Below, piece by piece: positions 18,910-28,674 of a stretch of 64,000 nt of DNA. Under the pieces are notes generated by a model that was not told where the DNA came from, did not search any database, and worked only from the letters and a program-made list of their open reading frames with translations. Where the stretch lies: positions 7,014-71,013 of the forward strand of contig JBFLXH010000005.1 in the NCBI GenBank assembly GCA_040757295.1, read 5' to 3'. The position numbers and the translations under genes are program-made. The stretch comes from Bacillota bacterium. Its GTDB lineage: Bacteria; Bacillota; PH28-bin88. How positions within the stretch are numbered: position 1 is the first letter of the stretch; the number at the start of each line of letters is the position of its first letter.

Positions 18910-19302
18910 TTCAAAAAAAATCTTCCGAGGCCGGACTCCTGGAAGATATAAAACCCGTTTCCTTCGCTTTCAGACTGTAACGCCCATCACACTTAACGCC
19001 AAAAAGGGCGTGAACTACCCCCGCCTAAAGAGGCGTGAGCTTCCTGCTTCAAAGACAACCTGCGGTGTCTCGGCAGGCTTGAATTCCCGTGGTCCCCACG
19101 GTACTGCGTCTGCTTGGCACTCCCACTTGACTTTACGGAACCCAGGGCTACCAAGCACGATTGGTGTTCCGACCCCCTTGTCTGCAGGTGGACGCTAATT
19201 ACATTTTACAACGTTTTTATCAAATTGCAACAAAATTACCTGGCTATCGCCCGGCCGCCCATTCACCACCCGCCTATAGAGGCGGAGTCCTCTGGGCGGG
19301 TT

Positions 19303-19338
19303 ATGATAGAAAAGGGACAAGGGGCTAAGCCTTGTCCC
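19303..19338 (-). terminator. Intrinsic terminator of metY (GGGACAAGG-CUUAGCC-CCUUGUCCC + UUUUCUAUCAU)
   Basis: 9-bp perfect stem followed by a U-run, 12 nt after the metY stop. Confidence 0.6.
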
Positions 19339-19349
19339 AATGTAATTCT

Positions 19350-20717
<1,368 letters not shown>

Positions 20718-20736
20718 CTAAAATAAACAATTCCAT

Positions 20737-20913
20737 GCAAAACAAAACGCCTCTCCTATGACAAGAAGAGGCATGAAAACTTATCCTCCTCTTATCTCTC
20801 AGGAATAACCTGCAGGAATTGGCACCAATTCAAATAATCACGGCTATGCGGCCATCAATTCGAACGGTTGCCGGGCTTCATCGGGCCAGTCCCTCCACCT
20901 CTCTAGATAAGAG
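20737..20913 (-). ncRNA. SAM-I (S-box) riboswitch with intrinsic terminator, upstream of metY
   Basis: Minus strand reads CUCUUAUCUAGAGAGGUGGAGGGACUGGCCCGAUGAAGCCCGGCAACC ... GGUGCCAAUUCCUGCAGG ... GAGAGAUAAGAG, the canonical S-box core. It is followed by a GCCUCU ... AGAGGC hairpin + GUUUUGUUUUGC. Confidence 0.85.
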
Positions 20914-20938
20914 TTACTTATGATCTTTTAATACTCAT

Positions 20939-20967
20939 AATATACAGGGCAAAAAATTGGTTGTCAA
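20939..20967 (-). promoter_or_regulatory. SigA-type promoter for the S-box/metY transcript (-35 TTGACA, 17 nt, -10 TATATT)
   Basis: Minus-strand TTGACA 20962-20967 and TATATT 20939-20944. Confidence 0.5.
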
Positions 20968-20979
20968 TAACTTGTTTTG

Positions 20980-23490
20980 CTACCACCCGAAGGCCTGCCG
21001 CCAAAAATCCCTCCCCCGGCTTTCACCAAGCTCTGTCTCGACCCGCCAATCCCTGCCGTTACTCCAAAAGGTAATGGCGCCGTGCAGGTCATTCCGGCAA
21101 ACGGGGATCTCCCTTTCCTGCCAATACTTGATCACTTCAGGGGCAGGGTGATCAAAGGAATTGCGCTCACCAACCTGAATTACCGCTGCCTGAGGTTGGA
21201 TGGCAGCCAAAAAACCCCTATGCAACCCATATTTGCTGCCATGATGGGGAATCAGGAAAATGTCACAGTCCAGGTAATCCCCGTAATCTTGCAGCAAAAG
21301 TTCCATAGCTTCCTTTTCAATATCGCCGGTAAGGAGGATACTAGTCAGTCCATAATTGAGCTTTAGCACCAGAGAGTTGTTGTTGTAATCTGAACGGGTT
21401 CCGCTCAAGGGTTTGTCAGGCGCCAGGACCTGAATTTCTATCCGGGGGTCCAGCCAAAGTTGATCGCCCTTCCTGGCCGAAGCCCCCGGAATTTGTCTTT
21501 GAGACAGCAAGGAGAAAAACTTTTTGTACTCAGCTGCAAAGAATTCCGGAGGAGGTGTAATCACCAGTTGGACAGGCATTTTTTCCACTACTGCAAACAA
21601 CCCCGTCAAGTGATCGCCGTGGGGGTGGGTGTTAATCACCATATCAAGCCGCCGAATCCCGTGCCTGACAAGATAGGGTACAATAACCTTAGCTCCTGGG
21701 TCAAACAGGGAAGGCCCTTCTGCACCTCCCCCGTCCACCAGTGCCGTACGTCCGGCCGGGGTACGGATAAAAATGGCGCTGCCTTGACCCACATCCAAAA
21801 AAGCTACCTGCAGCAAATCTTTCTGGGAGTAGCTGCGTACCAAGGGCGCCACTCCCAGCAAGCAAACCGCTAATACAACAGCTATCAGTTTGATCCCTTG
21901 TGGTCTTCTAGTAGAATACTCTTTTTCCTGTGCGCGACCAACCCAATACTCCCGAAACATAATTAATGCTGAATAAAACAGGACTATTTCAATGATTGCA
22001 GGAGTTCTAATCCTATAGACGGTACCAGGCAAATAGGAGATACCCTCGACAGCCCATGTCAAGAAACTGATCACTGCACCATCAGCCAGGGCAAACATTG
22101 CCCCTACAGGCGGCAGGACAAGAGAGAACAAAAACATCACCAGACCCAGCATGACTACCAGCCCCACTAGCGGCACAACCAGGGGGTTTGCCACCATCGC
22201 CCCCGGGGACAGGATATTAAAGTAATAGGCAGTTAAGGGTACCAGGGCTAGCTGGGCCGCCAGGGGAACAACCAAAAGCTTACGCCAAGGGGGCAAAAAG
22301 GACAGCATGCTGTCCAAAAAGGGATACAGGTATACCAGGCCCCATGTAGCTGTGAAAGACAGCTGAAACCCCGGTTCAAAAAGGGCATTGGGGTTAAAAA
22401 GAAGGATAACAAAAGCAGCAACCCCCAGGGCAGTATAAAAATCCCTATCCCGGTCCCATAAGTAAGCGAATAAGGCCATGGATGCCATCAGACCAGCCCG
22501 TACCACTGAAGGGGTAAAACCGGTGACCGCTGCATAGAACCAAAGGACGGGCAGGGCAAGGAATACCAGCTTCTGTCTCGGCACCCCCAAGAGACGGCTG
22601 ATTTCATATAAAAACAACAACAGGAAACCTACATGAAGGCCAGACACTGCAAAGACGTGCATCACGCCCAAGTCGCGGAATCGCTCCACCTCTCCCTTTT
22701 CCAGGCGCTCCTTGTCTCCGAACAGCAGGGCCAGCAGCACTCCCGCCTGTTCAGCCGGCAGCGCCCTGTCCACCAGGGCGACAACCCGGGATTTGGCGGC
22801 CAACGACACCGCCACCACCGGATTACCCGGCCGCCTGCCTACCGGCTCCATACTGCCGGGGTTGTCCACCAGCATGCGGGTGAATACGCCCCGCCGGGCC
22901 AGGTAAGACCGGTAATCGAACTCCCCGGGGTTACGCCTGGTTGGAGGTAGCTCAAGCTGACCATGGATATGCAGGACGTCCCCGTAACGGTAAAGGGGAG
23001 CCCCCCACGGGGTGCGCCCCGGTTCTCTGTTGTTCGACCCGTAGCTGCCCAGGTTGTCACTACTCGTACCGGTTTGTTTCCCTCCTGCCGGGCGGGGTGC
23101 ATAGGCTACCACCTGCACCTTTTCGTCTATCCTTTGGTACCGGCCCTCCTGCCGCACCTCCTGCGCCCGCAGGGTATAGACCACCCGGTTGGCGTACACC
23201 TGCGGCTCTTCCACCACCACGCCTGTCAGAACCAGGTGCGTTTGCAGCCAATCCCCCAGGGCTGAGCGGTTTCGTTCCGCGGCTAGGGCAGCCCAAAACA
23301 AACCTATGACCAGGAAGCAGCCCAACACCAGCCAGGTATTGAACCGCCACCCCCGCCGGTACCCCATCGCTCCGGCCAACAGCAGCACCGCCGCAATTAA
23401 CGCCGTAAGGCCCAGGGATAAATTAACCCTCTGGGCCAAAGCAATTCCTGCAGTAAAAGCCGCGACAGTCATCACCAACGGGCGCTGCAT
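20980..23490 (-). CDS. comEC: DNA internalization-related competence protein ComEC/Rec2 (with C-terminal metallo-beta-lactamase domain)
   Basis: 836 aa, polytopic membrane N-terminal half, C-terminal VINTHPHGDHLTGL motif. GGGAGGGG 5 nt before the ATG. Confidence 0.85.
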   Translation of the reverse strand: MQRPLVMTVAAFTAGIALAQRVNLSLGLTALIAAVLLLAGAMGYRRGWRFNTWLVLGCFLVIGLFWAALAAERNRSALGDWLQTHLVLTGVVVEEPQVYANRVVYTLRAQEVRQEGRYQRIDEKVQVVAYAPRPAGGKQTGTSSDNLGSYGSNNREPGRTPWGAPLYRYGDVLHIHGQLELPPTRRNPGEFDYRSYLARRGVFTRMLVDNPGSMEPVGRRPGNPVVAVSLAAKSRVVALVDRALPAEQAGVLLALLFGDKERLEKGEVERFRDLGVMHVFAVSGLHVGFLLLFLYEISRLLGVPRQKLVFLALPVLWFYAAVTGFTPSVVRAGLMASMALFAYLWDRDRDFYTALGVAAFVILLFNPNALFEPGFQLSFTATWGLVYLYPFLDSMLSFLPPWRKLLVVPLAAQLALVPLTAYYFNILSPGAMVANPLVVPLVGLVVMLGLVMFLFSLVLPPVGAMFALADGAVISFLTWAVEGISYLPGTVYRIRTPAIIEIVLFYSALIMFREYWVGRAQEKEYSTRRPQGIKLIAVVLAVCLLGVAPLVRSYSQKDLLQVAFLDVGQGSAIFIRTPAGRTALVDGGGAEGPSLFDPGAKVIVPYLVRHGIRRLDMVINTHPHGDHLTGLFAVVEKMPVQLVITPPPEFFAAEYKKFFSLLSQRQIPGASARKGDQLWLDPRIEIQVLAPDKPLSGTRSDYNNNSLVLKLNYGLTSILLTGDIEKEAMELLLQDYGDYLDCDIFLIPHHGSKYGLHRGFLAAIQPQAAVIQVGERNSFDHPAPEVIKYWQEREIPVCRNDLHGAITFWSNGRDWRVETELGESRGRDFWRQAFGW

Positions 23491-23583
23491 CCGGTCCCCT
23501 CCCGCCGGGATTTCTTATACCTCGAGAAAATTCGCCCATGACCGGCAATATCCTGCAACGACATGTTAATAAGCCTTTTTCCC

Positions 23584-23870
23584 ATGCCTAGCCGAAAAAC
23601 AATTTGCTAGGTTGGGCAGACCGGTGATCGGAAGATGCCTCCACCTACCAGATGTGCTCCTAGCTACCGTCAGGAGGGATATGCCCATTACCGGGTCGTT
23701 GTCCATTCCTCTTCACTCGCGCCGCCGGTTATAACCCTGCCAGGCCGGAAGGCTAACCCCGGTACGCCTCCCGTCGATGCTTTACATGCAGGACGTAGAG
23801 GAGGCCCTTTTCCCGGTCAAAACGTAGGATAACCCGCCAGTCACCAACTCTGTATCGCCATATGTCCGCA
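23584..23870. repeat. 287-bp direct repeat, copy 1 (covers the last ~40 codons of the RelE-like toxin gene plus ~170 bp downstream)
   Basis: Near-identical to 25345-25629 except for one ~50-bp divergent patch. Confidence 0.7.
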
Positions 23871-24013
23871 GTACCTTCAAGTTTCTTTAAGTTCACAGCC
23901 TCCGGGTGCTGTGTTAACCTTTCCAGCGCGGCTACTATCCGTTCCCTAGTTGTCCTGTCCAACCTTGCCAGGTCTTTTAGGGCCGGTCTGGTCATCTCTA
24001 GCCGCACATTCAT
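23753..24013 (-). CDS. RelE/ParE-family type II toxin
   Basis: C-terminus GDWRVILRFDREKGLLYVLHVKHRREAYRG, typical of RelE/ParE. The ATG overlaps the upstream antitoxin stop as ATGA (24010-24013). Confidence 0.7.
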   Translation of the reverse strand: MNVRLEMTRPALKDLARLDRTTRERIVAALERLTQHPEAVNLKKLEGTADIWRYRVGDWRVILRFDREKGLLYVLHVKHRREAYRG

Positions 24014-24267
24014 AGACCAAGCTCCTTTTTGGCTTGCTCCCAAGGTATTGTGTCGCCCTGGGCGATGGCTTTTTCAGCCTCGCGGATTGCCGCCAACTCT
24101 TCCGGCTCTAGCGGTTCGTCATCTACCGGTGCCGTTTCTAAGGCTCTCAGAAGCGGGTCATCAATCTTCATGCTTAGGAGGAATTCCAAAAACCTTTTGG
24201 CTACCGGCATTTCCTGATCCGGCAAGGCCTCCACCAACCTGTGCAGGTCTTCTTTAATGACACTCAA
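24010..24267 (-). CDS. Cognate antitoxin (small acidic protein) of the RelE/ParE-like toxin
   Basis: 85 aa. TTG start 7 nt after GGAGG. Overlaps the toxin start by 4 nt. Confidence 0.55.
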   Translation of the reverse strand: MSVIKEDLHRLVEALPDQEMPVAKRFLEFLLSMKIDDPLLRALETAPVDDEPLEPEELAAIREAEKAIAQGDTIPWEQAKKELGL

Positions 24268-24349
24268 TGCTATGCCTCCTTTACTCTTGGCAATTCACTA
24301 TTCCGGTCCGATTTTTCCGGCCTTCTGACTGGCTTTCAGTTATTCAATG

Positions 24350-24759
24350 CTAGCTAACCCCAACTCTTTCGATTAGATTACGAGTAAGTTGCAAAAAGAC
24401 TTCCGCTTGTTTCACCGTATCGGCGGCCTCCGACTTGCTAACCAGATAAAACTCGTTATAATCACTTTCCTCCCGAATATCTTTGGCGTTTAATAGTATT
24501 CTACCAAACTCCTTTGGAACGATCCCTGTCTTAACAAAATGCTGGTTAAACAAGGAAATTACACCCGAGTGCTTCTTAGAATCGAATCAAGGCCTTTAGT
24601 GGCTAGAAGTGCCCTGGCCCCGTGCAAGAGAGCGTAATACGCCCTTGAGGTGGCATCGGCAAAATGAGATTGGTCAAGCAGCATTTTAGCACTTTCAAGT
24701 TTCTTTTCCGCCATTTCCAACCTATACCGAGCCAATTCTAAGCGGTCTATTGACTCCAT
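24350..24759 (-). pseudogene. HEPN-domain toxin gene split by a frameshift caused by a 5-bp tandem duplication (GATTC GATTC, plus-strand complement at 24579-24588)
   Basis: The N-terminal ORF (24559-24759, ... AYYALLHGARALLATKGLDS) and C-terminal ORF (24350-24553, ... FNQHFVKTG ... AKDIREESDYN) are in different frames. Removing one GATTC restores GLDSKKHSGVISLFNQHFVKTG. Confidence 0.65.
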
Positions 24760-25079
24760 AGTGCATACCCCTCGGACAGCACTTCTCTGACAAAAGGAAC
24801 CCCTTTCCTTTTGAAAGATTCAAATTCGTCTTCTCCATATATCTTGAGCGATAGGTCAACACCGTATTGCAGATTTACGTCCAACACATAATCATAAATC
24901 CGGGATCTGTCAATAAGCGATCTGTCCTTTACCACAATTAAAACATCAAAATCCGAATCCCGTCGAGCATCTCCCCTCGCGCGGGAACCAAACAACTGAA
25001 CCAAACGGATTTCGCCGGGGTATAACTCATTCAAATAATTGACTAACCCCTGCAACAGCTTCCTTTCACTTGTTTTCAT
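24747..25079 (-). CDS. Minimal nucleotidyltransferase (MNT) antitoxin of the HEPN/MNT pair
   Basis: GSRARGDARRDSDFDVLIV motif. ATG at 25077-25079 (MKTSERKLL) lies 10 nt after AGAGGGGG. Overlaps the HEPN start by 13 nt. Confidence 0.7.
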   Translation of the reverse strand: MKTSERKLLQGLVNYLNELYPGEIRLVQLFGSRARGDARRDSDFDVLIVVKDRSLIDRSRIYDYVLDVNLQYGVDLSLKIYGEDEFESFKRKGVPFVREVLSEGYALWSQ

Positions 25080-25344
25080 TAAAAACGGACCCCCTCTTTG
25101 GCTAAGGCCTTGCAATTCCTGGTACTATAATACCACAAACACTTGTTCCTGGCAAAGATCGTTTATCGTTCCCAGCACTGACGCATGAAAAATACCCGCA
25201 GACCGCTATTTTTTAACACCTTCACAAGAAAATAGCGCGAGAAGTTATTTCGTTCCAACCCCTGTAAGCCCTGATATGCCTGCGTTTTAAAAGTCATGCG
25301 TCCGTGCTGTGTCGTTCCTCTTGGTTGCCGAGCTGTTGACCTTG

Positions 25345-25629
25345 GATGCCTAGCCGAAAAACAATTTGCTAGGTTGGGCAGACCGGTGATCGGAAGATGC
25401 CTCCACCTACCAGATGTGCTCCTACTACCGCCAGGGGGGATTGCCAATTATCGTTTGGTCGTTGTCCATTCCTCTTCACTCGCACCGGTTATAACCCTGC
25501 CAGGCCGGAAGGCTAACCCCGGTACGCCTCCCGTCGATGCTTCACATGCAGGACGTAGAGGAGGCCCTTTTCCCGGTCAAACGTAGGATAACCCGCCAGT
25601 CACCAACTCTATACCGCCATATGTCCGCA
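25345..25629. repeat. 287-bp direct repeat, copy 2 (contains a frameshifted relic of the RelE-like 3' end)
   Basis: Same sequence as copy 1. The toxin-derived part lacks one T (CGTTTGACC vs CGTTTTGACC), giving a premature stop. ORFs 25163-25447 and 25296-25586 inside it are not credible. Confidence 0.7.
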
Positions 25630-25799
25630 AATCAGCTTGTTGGGCTGGCTGGTTCCGTCGTAGCTGAACCGGGTCAGCTGATTCCCCGCCACGGCGTCGT
25701 CCTGGGTGGGGACATAGAAAAAGGTCCTGCGCTTTTCATGAGCGTTGGGCCTTTTTCTTATGACTCTAACTAGAAGTTTGCTCCTAAGGTATAACAACT

Positions 25800-26219
25800 C
25801 TACGATGTAATTTCTTCGAAGAAAAATTTAGGCGTGACAATTTCAATGCCCCTGAACACACCTAGATTCAGCAAATGCTCGTCACCGGTAACAATGCGCG
25901 AAGCCTTCCCGGCCGCGGCACATTCTAAAACCATGTCGTCCTTGGGGTCTTCGGCGATGGCTTTGATTTTTTCTGCAGGATGAATTAATAATACCCAAGG
26001 AAATTCGAGAAGTTTTTGCAAGACCTCCAGCCGTTCCTCAATCCCGCCTAATACGTTAAATTTCTTGCGTGCAAGGACTACCGAATATTCTCTAATAAGT
26101 TCCGGACTTACAACAGGAACAAATTTACCAAAAACCCACCCGTCAAGCACCCTGACGGGGTAGCTTCCCGTGCTTAGCATACCGGAAATTAGGACATTGG
26201 TATCAATTACGACTCGCAT
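25800..26219 (-). CDS. PIN-domain toxin (VapC-like)
   Basis: MRVVIDTNVLISG ... N-terminus, PIN fold. Overlaps the upstream antitoxin by 13 nt. Confidence 0.75.
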   Translation of the reverse strand: MRVVIDTNVLISGMLSTGSYPVRVLDGWVFGKFVPVVSPELIREYSVVLARKKFNVLGGIEERLEVLQKLLEFPWVLLIHPAEKIKAIAEDPKDDMVLECAAAGKASRIVTGDEHLLNLGVFRGIEIVTPKFFFEEITS

Positions 26220-26491
26220 GAACGTGCTTCCTCTATTTCATACATGACATCCTTTTCGCTTAAACCGGCCTGTTCCCCACGTTCCCGCATTTCGTCCAGT
26301 ATGCTCTTTACTTCCAATTGTTTCGCTTTTTCGGACAGCTTTTTGAATTCCTCGTAGGAGGAATAACTCATAAGAACACCTTTTGGCTTTGAGCGTGATG
26401 AGATAATTACTACATCATCTTTCTTTTCAATTTCCTTTAGGTATTTCCCTAACAGAGGTCGTATTTTGTCAATACCCACTATTTTCTCCAT
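26207..26491 (-). CDS. Phd/YefM-type antitoxin
   Basis: DVVIISSRSKPKGVLMSYSSYEEF resembles the YefM/Phd core. AAAGAGGAGGG 5 nt before the ATG. Confidence 0.6.
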   Translation of the reverse strand: MEKIVGIDKIRPLLGKYLKEIEKKDDVVIISSRSKPKGVLMSYSSYEEFKKLSEKAKQLEVKSILDEMRERGEQAGLSEKDVMYEIEEARSCES

Positions 26492-26509
26492 GTTAACCCT
26501 CCTCTTTCG

Positions 26510-26553
26510 TTAATCTTAAGATTAATGATAATATTAATATGGAAAAAGGTCAA
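26510..26553 (-). promoter_or_regulatory. Promoter (-35 TTGACC, -10 TATCAT) with a perfect 16-bp palindromic operator TTAATCTTAAGATTAA between the -10 and the RBS of the Phd/PIN operon
   Basis: Read directly. The palindrome is at 26510-26525. Confidence 0.45.
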
Positions 26554-27015
26554 CCCTTAGTAGCCGGTTCCCACCGGTTCCCGCGACAGAACCGGGCGCA
26601 GGTGACAGTATCTCCATTCTCCTTCTCGTATAGAAATAAAAAACAGGTTTGCAAAAAACAATTTCCCCTGCCCCCGTGTCCCAAATGCCTAGTTTGGTAT
26701 AATCATAAGCGAAAAAGCATGCTCCTTCGGTTTGTTTTTCTTTAGCCGATTAAACAATACCACAGAAAGCGCATGCTTTTTCTTTTTTTTATTTAATTCT
26801 TTTGTTTTAGGTATTGCTCTCGCAAGCCATCGCGAAGCGATTTCGTTCTTCTCAATCTGTCGCATTTCAGGCTCTGAATATGATATCCTTACTGATGCCG
26901 GTATATTAAGCTAAGAAATGTCGGGAGTGTTGGCAAATTAGCGTAAAAAAATCGGCATTAACCTGGCCTTTGGGATTTACATTAATTACATGTATTAATG
27001 AGAGGCTACCCAAGG

Positions 27016-27804
27016 CTATTTCTTGTCTTGCCCCGCTTCATTAAGCACTCTTTTTTCTCCTCCACAAACCGGACAGTTCTGCATGGAAAGGGGAATTTCT
27101 AGTCCGCATTCTTCCATTAATTCTTTATCGACAAGAATTTTGTTTGTTGGCCCATCAGCTATTACTTCTCCATTGTTTAATATAATCGTTCTTTCGCATA
27201 GTTCCAATATCATATCCAAATCGTGAGATGCAATAATCTTTGTATGAGTAAATCCTTGAAGCAACCTGATTAACAGTCGTCTTGATTTTGGGTCGAGGGC
27301 AGAGCTTGGTTCATCCATGACCAATATATCAGGGTTCATCGCCAATATTGTCGCAATTGCTGCTGCCCTCTTTTCTCCCCCTGAAAGTTTATACGGTGGC
27401 CGGTCCGATAAGGACAAAATTCCGACAGTTTCAAGAGCCCTTTTTACCCTCTTTTCAACCTCTTCTTCGGGTAGCTTATAGTTGCGGGGCCCAAATGCTA
27501 CATCATCGTAGACAGAGGTCGTAAATAATTGATCATTAGGATCTTGGAAGACCATCCCCACTTTTTGCCGGATTATCGGTATGGTCTTCTTTGTTACCGG
27601 CATCTCACCTACCCGGATTTCTCCTTCATTGGGTAACAACACTCCGACCAGATGCATCAAAAGTGTAGATTTTCCTGCCCCATTTGCACCTACGATACCC
27701 ACAGATTCTCCATGCAGGATTTGAAAAGCAATCCCATTCAGCGCTTGCCGTCCATCAGCATACCTAAATTTTAAATTGTTTACTTCAATAATATGGTGAC
27801 TCAT
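27016..27804 (-). CDS. cbiO: ECF-type cobalt/nickel transporter ATPase (CbiO/EcfA-like)
   Basis: Walker A GANGAGKST, ABC signature LSGGEKRAAAIA, Walker B ILVMDEP. The ATG overlaps the cbiQ stop (ATGA). Confidence 0.8.
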   Translation of the reverse strand: MSHHIIEVNNLKFRYADGRQALNGIAFQILHGESVGIVGANGAGKSTLLMHLVGVLLPNEGEIRVGEMPVTKKTIPIIRQKVGMVFQDPNDQLFTTSVYDDVAFGPRNYKLPEEEVEKRVKRALETVGILSLSDRPPYKLSGGEKRAAAIATILAMNPDILVMDEPSSALDPKSRRLLIRLLQGFTHTKIIASHDLDMILELCERTIILNNGEVIADGPTNKILVDKELMEECGLEIPLSMQNCPVCGGEKRVLNEAGQDKK

Positions 27805-28622
27805 CTTCCTTCTCCTGTCATTAATAAACCTAAAAACGCAGGTATGTTAATAAATCTAACGATTACAAAAAATAAACTCCATCCTGCGAAATAAGCAATA
27901 TCACCAATCATCATTTTATTTTGTTTGCTAATCCTGTACTCCCCTGTAAATCCCCGACAGCACATAGAATGATAAACACGTTGCGCTCTTTCCAGCGTCC
28001 TCATTAATAACTGTCCGGTCAACGAACCCCAATTACTTATTTTGATACCCTTTGTATCTGGAGAGCGCAACGAATATGCACACAACGCACGCCCAACTTC
28101 CTCAATTAACAATGTTATATACCGGTATGTTAGAAGAAGTTGCATTATGAAAACCTTGGGAATTCTCATCATTCTAAGGGCTGACGCAACCCTTGTTATC
28201 CCCGTTGTCGCTATAAGCAGGAGGGCTGCCAATATTGTTAGAGATCCCTTAACCAGGATGGAAAAAAAGGATATCCAACCTCCGGAAATTTGTATCCATG
28301 GCAATATCACTACGGGATTGGTATCAAAAAAAGGATTAAAAACCCCTATGCCAATGATAAAAGGCATGACAAAAAGCATTCTTTTTAAAATTGGCACTAC
28401 AGGAATATCCGCCAGGGTTATTACAACAACAGGATAGAATATAAGGGGCAACAATCCGCTTAATTGATATTTGTCAAAAGATACGGTAACAAATAAAAAC
28501 ATGAGTGTGGTTAACACCTTCATCAGTGGATGTATCTGATGAATATTTGTTCTTTTTCCTGCAAGTTCATCAAGTAGCCTTATATTGTTTAATAATTCCA
28601 TCATATTTACCATATCAATCAT
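27801..28622 (-). CDS. cbiQ: ECF transporter transmembrane (T) component CbiQ
   Basis: 273-aa polytopic membrane protein of the CbiQ family, between cbiMN and cbiO. Confidence 0.75.
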   Translation of the reverse strand: MIDMVNMMELLNNIRLLDELAGKRTNIHQIHPLMKVLTTLMFLFVTVSFDKYQLSGLLPLIFYPVVVITLADIPVVPILKRMLFVMPFIIGIGVFNPFFDTNPVVILPWIQISGGWISFFSILVKGSLTILAALLLIATTGITRVASALRMMRIPKVFIMQLLLTYRYITLLIEEVGRALCAYSLRSPDTKGIKISNWGSLTGQLLMRTLERAQRVYHSMCCRGFTGEYRISKQNKMMIGDIAYFAGWSLFFVIVRFINIPAFLGLLMTGEGR

Positions 28623-28674
28623 CAGATCCTATAAATATTATTATGGCGGGTTTAAAGCCCGCCTACTTTTTTTT

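Noticed and set aside
17764-19300. TPP riboswitch expected upstream of thiD/thiL
   Set aside because: I searched both strands for the invariant CUGAGA and ACCUGAUC/GGGGUGCC blocks and found none. The region is reported instead as an unassigned leader.
25163-25586. ORFs 25163-25447 (-) and 25296-25586 (+) inside direct-repeat copy 2
   Set aside because: They lie within the duplicated non-coding/relic sequence and are Arg/Pro-rich with no RBS. The corresponding sequence in copy 1 is not coding.
26539-26914. Small plus-strand ORFs 26539-26745 and 26732-26914
   Set aside because: They have no RBS and odd composition. The region is better explained as promoter, operator and terminator structures.
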